A stretch of 64,000 nucleotides of DNA from assembly GCA_002104905.1 (NCBI GenBank), contig MCFE01000215.1, positions 1 to 64,000 on the forward strand, read 5' to 3'. Origin of the DNA: Basidiobolus meristosporus CBS 931.73. Lineage: Eukaryota; Fungi; Basidiobolomycota. Of the stretch, positions 46,516 to 57,394 are shown piece after piece. The notes under the pieces were generated by a model. The model saw only the letters and a program-made list of their open reading frames with translations, did no database searches and was not told the DNA's origin. The position numbers and the translations under genes were made by a program. Positions within the stretch are counted from its first letter, which is position 1. Each line of letters starts with the position of its first letter.

Positions 46516-47445
46516 ATGACCATAAGTCTTCCTCAGTCCCTACGTGTCGAGACTTGCAAGGACATCGGTGCTGAGAAGTTCAACAGACTTTACCGTCATA
46601 GACGCCCTGTTCTACTAAAAAACTTACTTCCTGAAGCCGTTGCTCCACTATGGAAACAAAAGACTTACCTAGCGCGGCAACTCCTAAAGAAGGAAGGGAA
46701 GCTGGAAGTTATGTACGCTCATGATCAGCAAAACTTTATGGACGACGTGGATTTTGTTGAGAAGGGTCTAGTCTCTGTTGACGACGTGTTGGATGTTATT
46801 TTGAATAACACTCTTCCCGAAGAGGATGCTGGTCATGGTAACGGGTCAAATAAGGGGGAGAATGCCAACTCAAGAAGGTTTTATCACCGCGCTCATCTCT
46901 CGGAAGCGATGCTCAACGACCTCGATATTCATACTATTCGTAATCGTTTGTTCGGGGAGCGAGCGGACGATTTTTCCTTTGCACCAGAATCCAAAAGCGA
47001 ATTGATTCGTCTGTGGGTGAGCACTGGTGGTAATATTACACCAATGCACTTTGATCGCTGCCACGGTCTCTTGCTCCAGGTTTACGGCCGCAAGCGGTTT
47101 GTCTTGATTCACCCTGACGATACATCATCAGTCTATCCATATGATGGTATCAATGGTCCTAGCCATGGGGCCAAAGTTCGTCGAATCGGGTACAGCTATG
47201 GTAGGGAACCGTTTTCCGAGAGCAATACTGTCCCTTTTGAGCTCGTAGAAGAAATACTTACCAGATTCCCAAAAATCACCGATGCTGATATTTACATTGT
47301 GGACTTGGAGCCGGGGGATGTTTTGTATACTCCACCTGGGTGCTGGCATGAGGTCACTTCGATGACCAACAGCATTTCTGTGACAGTTCCTTGGGACATG
47401 GCACCATTCGAACTTGACGATGTCCCCGTCAATATGGCTTTCTGA
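46516..47445 (+). CDS. JmjC (cupin-8, JMJD5/JMJD7-like) 2-oxoglutarate oxygenase
   Basis: LWVS..ITPMHFD..LLQVYGRKRF..LEPGDVLYTPPGCWHEV: an intact HxD...H iron triad. Confidence 0.9.
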   Translation: MTISLPQSLRVETCKDIGAEKFNRLYRHRRPVLLKNLLPEAVAPLWKQKTYLARQLLKKEGKLEVMYAHDQQNFMDDVDFVEKGLVSVDDVLDVILNNTLPEEDAGHGNGSNKGENANSRRFYHRAHLSEAMLNDLDIHTIRNRLFGERADDFSFAPESKSELIRLWVSTGGNITPMHFDRCHGLLLQVYGRKRFVLIHPDDTSSVYPYDGINGPSHGAKVRRIGYSYGREPFSESNTVPFELVEEILTRFPKITDADIYIVDLEPGDVLYTPPGCWHEVTSMTNSISVTVPWDMAPFELDDVPVNMAF

Positions 47446-47765
47446 TAGAATACTTAAACCACATTTAATTTTGAACTTATGTTAATTTATTGCCTATAGA
47501 CAACCACTGCTACTTTTGATCAAGTTGAATAAATAATCTAGAACCAATCATATGTCGGAGTATCGAGGATATTGTTATTTGTTTTGATATTTACAAGGAA
47601 TAACTCCCCGGATTAAAAAAAGCCTCTAGTGCTCATCACAATATTGGAGTCCAAGGCCGTCTCTCGCCTCGAATTTCGTTTTATTCCTCACTCCTACTAC
47701 ACCAACCAAACCGGGTCCAGAGCTTACGACCGAGTTCTTGAAGTACATATACACCATCTGCTATT

Positions 47766-50031
47766 ATGCTCGGGTCAACAGAGGGAACGGTACCGTGAAC
47801 GTTATTCAGTATTGCCCGCTACATATGCTAATATTTCTATATCGCCTCAGTTCGACGATTTTTTAGATTCACCTCGAAGAATTATGGAGGCTGTAGAGAT
47901 CCAGGCAACCCCTACTCCTGCCCCCAACATGAAGCCACTCATGAAAAGGAAGGCTTCTCAAAGCTCTATTTCCGAACCAGTTAATCCAAGAAATGTTCGT
48001 GCCAAGGCCGATTCCCGTACAACCACTGCTCTAAATAGCCGGACAACTGCTGCAGCAAGGCCTACTACCAGGGCCACCTCTTCCACTGCTGCTACCACAC
48101 GGAGAGCTGTGGCTACCGCCACTGTTAAGCCTGTTGCCGCAAAGGTTACTGAAAGGCTCACAAGACCCAGAGCAACCAACGTTGCAAGCACCAATGCTGC
48201 AGTGACCCGTAGAGCGGTTCCAGCCCGTGCTGCAACTAAACCTCCAGTGGGCACCACTCGTACCACTCGGAGTGCTTCCGCTCCACCTGTGTCCGATGAA
48301 CCTGAGGTTAAAAAAGAGAAACCGAAGGGGGCCAGAAGACCAGCATGGGACACTAAAGGTCGTCTTGAAGACATGGAGGAGCTAACAGGATTCTTAAAGG
48401 AGCAAATCCAACAATCCACTGATTCCATGACAACTATGCACAGCAAGCTATCCTCAAGCGAATCCAAGATCCAAGAATTAGAGGAGTTCCGCCGCGGCTT
48501 AGAGACCAGAGTTGAGGTCAAGGAAAAGGAGAACACCCAGATCAACCTGAAGGCAACTGAGTTGGAGTCTAAACTCGAATTGTTGGAACAAAAGAACCAG
48601 GATGAGTTGAGATTGCTCAAGTTGAAGCATGAGAATGAGTTGGAGGAGGTGGCTCGCCAGAAGGAAAGAATCTTGAGAGAAAAAGAAGACCTCACCAATG
48701 ATTTGACAAAGACGAAGGAGTTATTGAGGCAGCAAGAGGATGCTAATCTGCAGCTCAGAAATACCATCTCTTCACAATCAGCAAACTATCTCCAACTGGA
48801 GAGTGATCATCGCGCTGTCAAGAACAACCTCGAAACAACCGAAAGCACACTCAAGCAGAGAGAGGCACGGATTGCTGAGCTTGAGGCTCTGCTCACCGAA
48901 GCTAATCAGACTGTCACAACTATAGAAGGCAAGCTCCGAGATGAAGAGACCCAGAGACGTAAACTTCACAATACGATTCAGGAATTAAAAGGAAACATCC
49001 GAGTGTTCTGTAGAGTACGGCCACTGCTTGGGGCAGAGCTGTCAGACAGTATCTCCCATATTCACTTCCCTGATGACCAAAAGTCCATTGAGCTGAACCA
49101 GACACAAACCTCGGCTGATGGGTCGAAGACCACCTCGAAGACATTCCCATTCCAGTTCGACAAGGTGTTCCAGCCAACCGTTTCCCAGCCCGAGGTGTTT
49201 GGAGAGATCTCCCAACTGGTCCAGTCAGCCCTGGATGGCTATCCGGTTTGCATCTTTGCCTACGGACAAACCGGCAGCGGGAAAACCTTCACCATGGAGG
49301 GGCCCGACCACCCCAACAAGGAGAATATGGGGATGATCCCTCGTGCCGTGATGCAGATCTACGAAACCGCCACGGCCCTGGAAGAGAAGGGATGGAAATA
49401 CACCATGGAGGGGCAATTTGTGGAGATCTACAACGAAGCCATTCATGACCTGCTGGGCGCAGGTGAGGTCGGCAAGAAGCATGACATTCGCCATTTGCCC
49501 AATGGCAAAACCATTCTTACCGACGTGACCACCTTGATGCTCGACACGCCTGACAAGGTGTCCGAGCTAATGAAGAAGGCAGGCCAGAATCGCGCGGTTG
49601 CTGCGACCCAGTGCAACGATCGTTCGTCGCGTAGTCATTCAGTCTTCACACTCCGCCTCACGGGGAATAACACACTTACAGGCGAGGTATCCGAGGGAAT
49701 CTTGAACTTGATTGATCTTGCCGGTTCCGAAAGACTCTCATCCTCGAAAGCCACCGGAGATAGACTCAAGGAGACCCAGGCCATCAACAAGAGCTTAAGC
49801 TCCCTGGGCGATGTGATCTACGCGCTGGCCAACAAGGAAAGCCACATCCCGTACCGAAACTCCAAACTCACCTATCTGCTACAGAATTCGTTGGGCGGAA
49901 ACTCCAAGACCCTGATGTTCGTCAACATCAGCCCGCTGCCGTCCAACTTCGGGGAAACCCTATGCTCGCTGCGATTTGCCACCAAGGTGAATAACTGCCA
50001 AATCGGCACCGCCCGCAAAGTTGTCAAATAA
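47766..50031 (+). CDS. KAR3: Kinesin-14 (Kar3/KlpA/Ncd type), C-terminal motor
   Basis: Basic tail, coiled coil, ELKGNIRVFCRVRP, AYGQTGSGKT, SSRSH, DLAGSER. Probable exon 1 at 47766-47789 followed by a short intron; alternative ATG at 47884. Confidence 0.93.
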
Positions 50032-50145
50032 TCTGGACCACTGCTTCTCCCCTTTTGCTTGTAAAAATACTTCGATTAAAGAAATAGACTTTCTTCCAAC
50101 TGATTTATTGTGAATGTGGTGGTCTAAGTGGGTGATGGGTGGGGT

Positions 50146-51476
50146 TTAGCTGGCGGAGATGGCCCCGATCTGCATCACCAGATCCAACACTTGCAAATGC
50201 TCGTCGCTACCGTCCACCATGCATTTGTCAACGTCGCTTAGTACCAACGACATCTTGGCTTTCTGTAATGAGGTGAAGCGGAGATCCTCCACGATGGCCT
50301 CGTGCAGCTGCATGAGAATCTGTGTGCCAGAGTACCCGCTCCAGATGACCTCCTTCACCGTCTGGCTAATCTCGTCGTAGGAGTTGCTGCGTATACTCGA
50401 CATTAAGGATTGGATCACTTGGTTGGGAATGACCTAGACCAGACGCTGAGTTAGTATCTCGCAACGAATGAAGGGGCAGTTGGAAAGGGAGTTACTCCAG
50501 CAATCTCCTGGAAATGCTCATCGACGATCTCGGTGTTTTTGTGTAGACGGTGGGCACTTTGCAGATACATGATGGCTCTGCGTAAATCCCCGTTCGATAC
50601 TCTGACAAGGGTGTCCACCGCCTGAACAAGGGTGAGTATGGTGCTTGCGAAGCGTTCTGTGGAACAGGCCTACCTCCTTGGTGCATTGAATCCCCTCCTG
50701 CTGGCATACGAAGTTGATTCTCTCAACGCTAGACTCCATGGCTAACGGCTTGAAGCGGAACTTCGCGCATCTGGAGGCCAGCGGCTCGATGATACGACTG
50801 ACGTAGTTACAGATGAGACAGAATCGGGTGATCTTCGAGTAGGTCTCCATGGTTCTTCGAAGCGCTGCTTGCGCGTCGGTGGTCATGGAGTCTGCTTCGT
50901 CCAATATAATCAATTTGTATGGCGGGCACGGGTATCCCGGGACGCTTTGCGTCACTGCGGTTCTCGCGAAGTTCTTCACTTTTTCCCGAACGATCCCGAT
51001 TCCTCGCTCGTCTGATGCGTTCAGCTCCAAAACCCGAGACTTCACTAGCTCAGGCCTGTACATGGCTCGGTTAGGAAAAGTCCGTCACACGAAGAACCCG
51101 GTGGTTACATACCCGTAAAGCTCCCTTGCCAGGGCTAGAATGGTGGAGGTCTTACCGGTACCTGGGGGACCGTAAAAGAGCAGGTGAGGTAGCTAGAAGA
51201 AGCAGGGTTTGGTTTAGTACGTGTGTGTTGGAACGACCATTCAACAACCCGTGCCCACATTGTGAGATTCCAAGGTACGCTTCAGCACGTTGACGGTCTC
51301 CTCCTGAGACGATATATCGTCCATCTTTTTGGGCCGACTAGAAGGGAATGGAGGGATCAGCGGGGGAATCCTCAGTACACAAACATCGGGGCTTACTATT
51401 TCTCCACCCATGGCTTGGATTCGGCGTCCTTGCTCGCTTGCTTCGCAGCGGCACCTGTTTTTTGGAAGAAACTCAT
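50146..51476 (-). CDS. RFC2: Replication factor C small subunit (yeast Rfc2 / human RFC4 type)
   Basis: Multi-exon: PW|[46 protein letters not shown]. Confidence 0.93.
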
Positions 51477-51769
51477 GGAGAAAAATGACTTGGGCGGTGC
51501 GGGCCTAGGGCTATCTAGGGGCCAGAATAATACAAAACAATCCAGTCAACACTAAACACTCAACATCCATCAGTAAATTTACGTCAACCAATGCCTAAGG
51601 GCTAGCTAGCCGATGCTCGGCAAGTGGGAATCCCAGCAAAACAATGGAGGTCACCTGACCTGACGGAATTTTCAGATTGGTGGAAGAATTTGAGGGATCT
51701 GAGGACTGATAAAAAGAGAAATTCGTGGATAGGACTCTCTCTTTCATCCATTTCATATCCTAATTCAAC

Positions 51770-52285
51770 ATGGGTAAGTGGCTTTTTCGTTTGATGGATG
51801 CGACCGACGCCGCCGCAGGATATCCGAACTAACCATCCAATCTGATTCCAGGTAAGGGTAAGCCTAGAGGTCTTCAAGCCGCTCGCAAGCTTCGCAACCA
51901 CCGTCGCGAAGAACGTTGGGCCGACAAACAATACAAGAAGCGTGCCCTCGGTACCGCTTTCAAGTCTTCCCCCTTCGGTGGATCCTCCCACGCCAAGGGA
52001 ATCGTTTTGGAAAAGATTGGTGTTGAAGCCAAGCAACCTAACTCCGCTATTCGTAAGTGCGTTCGTGTCCAGCTTATCAAGAACGGAAAGAAGATCACCG
52101 CCTTCGTTCCCAACGATGGTTGTTTGAACTTCGTCGAGGAGAACGACGAAGTCCTCATCTCCGGTTTCGGTCGTAAGGGTCGTGCCGTCGGTGATATTCC
52201 TGGTGTTCGTTTCAAGGTTGTCAAGGTTTCCGGTGTCTCTCTTCTCGCCTTGTACAAGGAGAAGAAGGAGAAGCCTAGATCTTAA
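51770..52285 (+). CDS. RPS23: 40S ribosomal protein uS12
   Basis: ATGG / intron 51774-51851 / [32 protein letters not shown]. Confidence 0.97.
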
Positions 52286-52379
52286 ATCTTCTCACTCCAC
52301 GTTTTCTTCATCAAACGCTTTGACGAAATAAAATGCTATTTGAATACACTCTGTTTATTATTCTATGTTGTTGATGACC

Positions 52380-52610
52380 CTAGTTGAGCTCCTCAATGAG
52401 AGGCTTCTTTTTTTCCACATTCATCTCCGAAATGAGTGGCTTCTTGGTTTCCGCATTGGGCTCCGCGTTCATCTCCTCGACGAGTGGCTTCTCTGTTTCC
52501 ACATTCATCTCTTCGACGAGTGGCTTCTTTGTCTCCACATTCATCTCTTCAATGAGAGGCTTCTGTGTCTCCACATTCATCTCCTCAATGAGAGGCTTCT
52601 TTGTTTCCTC
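52380..52610 (-). repeat. 36-bp coding tandem repeat giving six KPL[IV][ES]E[ML]N motifs at the SHQ1 C-terminus
   Basis: CCACATTCATCTC at 52499, 52535 and 52571 (period 36), with further degenerate copies up to the stop. Confidence 0.9.
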
Positions 52611-54574
52611 GGTATCTACTTTGGGTTCTGCAATCAGCTCCTCAACTTCCTCCGAGGCCATGGGATCCTCGACGTCTTGTTGGGTGGGCTGGGACTCCAC
52701 CTCATACTCGACCATCCCTTCTTCTGCAGCAACCAGGGCAATTTCCTCCAGTTCCTCCAGACACCATCCGATTTCCTTCTTCGTCAAGGTGAAATGATGA
52801 AGTTCATGGGCCAAGGAGCGTAGTACCTTGTCACTAATAACAATCAAACTTAGCAGGCTGAAAGGATGTAGGAGGGTGCGAACGCATACCTTGCACTTTG
52901 GACCCATATACAGTAATCATCCAGGTACAGTTTGGAGTAGATGTAGTAGATGTCATGATGGTCAAACAAATCCTTCAACTCCAGGAGGACCTTCAAGATG
53001 GCTCGCTTTCCGAGCTTGAGAATGACATACACATCCTGCATCACCTTCTCAGAGAGCTTCCAGTTTCTATACAAAGGATAGGCCAGCGACCGGCGGAAAC
53101 TGGCCACCAACACCTCCCGGATGGTGGAGAATTCCTAACTCTCGGTTAGCTGAGGCTGCTGAGGCTAGATATCAGTGAAGGTTACCTCCAAACACGAGAG
53201 CGTGGAGCTTAATTTTCCAATGATCCAGCAGGACTCGACATTGTTATCGCCCTCGTTGGCTCTATGGTTGTAGCTGTAGGCAAACAATAGATCAATGATC
53301 CCGAGGTAGGTCGCTTTCTCGTTCTCAAGAAGATCTTGGATGGGTTAGTTAGGTCAAGGTTCCAAGGTCGATGTAGAGCAAGTGGGCCTACATTCTCTGT
53401 TGGGCAAGTTGCGCATTTGCCCTTGCTCCTTTTCATTGAACTGAAGAGGCTCGGTGATTCTCATCCGATCCAACTCTTCCGAGATGGTTGGCTGGCTATC
53501 TAGATGCCAAGAAACCGTCAGGCCAGAGCTCAGCGTGTGACTAGATATGTCGACGTACCTTTTTCCTTGGTATCCTTCTGCATCTTCTTGAGCTCGTTGT
53601 ACCACTTGGTCTTGTACTTCAGCAGGTACTTGATATCCGCCTCATTCACTTTATCTCCTCTGTCGAAGTAACAAACCATTATTATCGTCGTCAACACCAA
53701 CATCGACTGCTCTACGTACATGTAGTAATCCTCATCGAACTTGTCGTCCTCACAATCTATCCTCTCGCGTCTACGAATCTCCATGGAGCAATTCTCGGGC
53801 TCCAGCAGGTCGTTGATTTCATTCGCTGTCTCATGAACATGTGTGAAGAACTCCGAATACGCTTTGTTGAAGCCGTAAGGAAACTTCGTTATCGCAACCT
53901 ACAGTAGAGCGTGGTCAATACAAACCCAGTCATCTAACCATCTAAGCGACTTCACTAACAGGTTGTGCTAACTCCTGGGGAAGTGACCAGTCAAAGTCCG
54001 GTCCTGGAGAAGGGGTTCAAGTATTAGTCAAAGGTGCCTTCAACCTCGCATACGCTCCGAAACAAACCTTCTTCGTTCGATTGGACCATTTCGGATCTCT
54101 CTTCTATGACTTCGATTAGTCCCTTCTTCTGAGGCTCTTCGGTAGTGCCTGGCTTATTGTTCGCTATCAGTTTGGTGAGGAGGTCGAGGTCAGGGAATTC
54201 TTCTCCTGGGGTTTCCTTGGGGATCTTGACCGTGATATCACCACTGCTGATGTCATACGCAGCGGTGGAGCGCTCATCTTCGACCAAAGCTCCTGGGAAA
54301 TTCAACCTTTCATGAAAGAACCATGTGAGGGGAGCAAATCGAGGGGACTCGACTATCGCGCTGACCGATTACCTCAGGAAATACGGGTGAACATAGAAGC
54401 GAAACTCTCGGCCTGCAACGTGGAAATCAACCTCTTGAGTCTAAGAATGACCGTTAGTACTTTCGTCTTGGAGCCCGGTGGAGTAGAAAGAAGACGCACC
54501 TTGATGTGCGGCGCGTGGATCACAATCTCCACGAAATCCGCATCTTGCGAAACCCTAAACACTGGAGTGATCAT
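52380..54574 (-). CDS. SHQ1: H/ACA snoRNP assembly factor Shq1
   Basis: MITPVFRVSQD CS domain, IPKETPGEEFPDLDLLTKL, KYPYGFN, YLGIIDLLFAY, LYSKLYLDDYC. Multi-exon. Confidence 0.92.
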
Positions 54575-55323
54575 GGCGGACTAACGGCTCAGCTGGGTTG
54601 CTTTCCTGACTGTTCATTGCTTTGTGACGTGCTTGATTGGATTTTCTTTCCAGGTTGAATCGATTTTTTTTCCATTCCATTAGTGAGGTTTGTGGAATCC
54701 CACCCGCTACACCTGATTGGAAAGATGATTGTATATCAGAGGGTGTATATCCCCTATGAAATATCTCAAAGTTGGAATTCATTGGACTTCTAGCTGGGAT
54801 TCTGATGGTATTTTGCTAGGATTCAGCTGGTGTTTCTGCTCCAAATTTTCAGTTGCAATATTTGGTGGAAGTAATGGGCAGCTGATTAACAAATTTGATA
54901 TGAACTCTAGTTGGCCTAGTCTTCCCCTGGAAAGGGTGTCTGCCTGTCTGCTGTTAAGCTAGTATCTGAGATATTGAGAGTTGTCACTTTTGGGAAGGTT
55001 GGAATTCAGCTGATATTGTGATGGTATTCTGCTGGCCTTTTGTTATTTTTTTTAGGGATCACAAGTATACTGCTCTGTTGGTCAACCTACCTTCTATGCC
55101 TTGTTGTGCCAGATAGTTCCCCATTGCCAGAGTGCAGATTTCAACATATAAATATGGGACATAACTTCCTTACACTACAATATTCTCACATGGTAAAGAC
55201 ATTTGGATCTTTGGACAATTTTAAATGACTTATCCATTCTATTTTCAAACTATTCTGCAACACCTTCAGAGTTTTAGGGAACCAAAAGTATGTGGGCTAA
55301 ACATAGAATAAAGGCACATAAGG

Positions 55324-55821
55324 CTAGATAAGCTTCTTCATGGTTGTGGATTTCTGCTGCCAAGATCCAGGGTCAATTCTCATTATGTTAGATCTCCTAA
55401 CTGGAGTAATATATTCTGATCTGGCAATGGTAGGATTTGCTTCTGTATCTGGCAGTATTAGGTATGCATCTTCTTCATTAGTGGCATCAGGTTGCTGGCC
55501 AATGATCTCAATGGCTTCTGGATCTGAAAGCACCCCAAGTGCAATGTCCCTGCTCTTGATCAGCTTCTGAGTTTTGCCATCATATGCTCTATCCCCTTTA
55601 GTATCTTCCCAAAATCCAAGAAAGCTCCTTTTCCTACTTTTTAGTCTCAACATTGAGTGTTTTCTGTCAGGGATGTGAATGTAAATATCACTGCCAAAGA
55701 TCCAGAAGTGCTGGTGGTCAGGATTTTTGCCTGCAAATGCTCCACTGGGTGTAGATTTGCCTAGTGCAGCTGTTGGGCATATATTCTTGATGCAAACTGT
55801 AGTAGTAACAGATTCAGCCAA
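55324..55821 (-). mobile_element. Degenerate Copia integrase C-terminal fragment (different, older family)
   Basis: PDHQHFWIFGSDIYIHIPDRK..KSRKRSFLGF..KG.RAYD..KLIKSRD is a decayed version of the Copia integrase SH3-like motif. Confidence 0.7.
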
Positions 55822-57363
55822 AACCTATGGTCCATTATTATGTAGCATAAATCCCTCCATTTTAGCTATTGTCCTATTTGCAGATTCTGTTGTAAGAGTC
55901 TTGGAGATATTGGAAGTGATTGGGAGAACAAGTAGATTAGGTGGTTTACACTCAATGATTATTGAATGTAAAAGTAGTATTTATACTTTTACATGGTCTT
56001 GGCATTACAAACACATAGAATAGTTACAGAAGGTCTCAAGAGCATGTGTTCAAAGGTTGGGGCTGTTTGGACACCTTTGAGAATTTTCATGTTCTAGGTA
56101 CCTGGTGTTTTGGTAAAAGTATTCTAAGTAAATCCCAACAAGGAGTTTGGTCAGTATACTGTAGGATTCAAAGGTAATGATCTAAGTGACTAAGTTAGGT
56201 GAATATTTGGGTGGAATTACAAGTTTTTACTACACTCCCACTCAGCTAAATGCTCATATTGACTAGTCCTAATTTGACCCAATATATTCAATCTTGTCTC
56301 TAGCAAATGGTTTGGTAAATATGTCAGCAATCATTTCATCTGAAGGACAGTAAACTAAGCTAACTAAGTTATTCCCTATAGCTTCACATATGAAATGATG
56401 TCTAATATCTATGTGCTTAGTTCTAGCATGAAAAGTTGGATTTCTACCTAATTGTATACATCCTTGATTATCTTGAAATAAAGTAATAGGCATTTTTTGA
56501 TATGGGCCTAAATCTGAGAAAAGCTTTCTTAGCCATATTGCTTCTTTTGTAGCTTCACAGGCTGCCATCTACTCTGCCTGTGTGGTAGAAAGTGCTATGG
56601 TTGGTTGCTTTCTTGAATTCCATGAAATTGCTCCTTGACAGTAAAGAAAGGTGTATCCTGTGGTGGATCTTCTGTCTTCCAAATTTTGTTCCCAATCAGC
56701 ATAAGAGTATCCCACAAGGTCTTGTTCTGAGTCCTTATAAGTGTATCTTAGGCAGATATCAGCAGTTCCTTTTAGGTATCTAAAAATCTGCATAACTGCT
56801 GCAATATGATCAGATCCATAGTTCCAATTATGTTGGCTGACAACTCCTACTGAATATGAGATATCTGGACGTGTTGCAAGCATGATATACATCAGACTGC
56901 TGGCCATAGATTGATAAGGAAAGTCAGGGCTTTCAGATGGCACCAAGTTCTCTTGATTTGGTTGAGTTTTGACCAAGTTAAAGTTTGTCTCCATTGGGGT
57001 AGCTGCCAGTTTATGTTGTAAAAATTCGTATTTTCCACCTAAATATTCACCTAACTTAGTCACTTAGATCATCACCTTCAAATCCTAGAGAATACTGACC
57101 AAATTCCTTGTCGGGATTTACTTAGAATATTTTCACCAAAATACCAGGTACCCAGAACATGAAAATTCTCAAAGTTGTCCAAACAGCCCCAAACTTTGCA
57201 CACATGTTCTTGGGACCTTCCTTAACCTATTCTACGTGTTTGTAATGCCAAGACCATGTAAAAGTATAAATACTACTTTTACATTCAATAAATCATTAAG
57301 TGAAAACCACATAATCTACTTGTTCTCCCAATCACTTCCAATATCTCCAAGACTCTTACAACA

Positions 57364-57375
57364 GGTTATGAGCCC
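57364..57375 (+). promoter_or_regulatory. Primer-binding site GGTTATGAGCCC (complement of the initiator tRNA-Met anticodon arm)
   Basis: Immediately after the 5' LTR; repeated at 62163-62174 in the third copy. Confidence 0.88.
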
Positions 57376-57394
57376 CGAGCTGTCACTCTCTGCA

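Noticed and set aside
52365-52823. Plus-strand ORFs with repeated LCFHIHLFDEW units
   Set aside because: Antisense shadow of the SHQ1 C-terminal repeat.
57236-57394. N-terminal extension of Gag-Pol in the ORF track (also ORF 61572-61811)
   Set aside because: Lies in the LTR/PBS, starts at a non-ATG codon and is not conserved in frame in the third copy.
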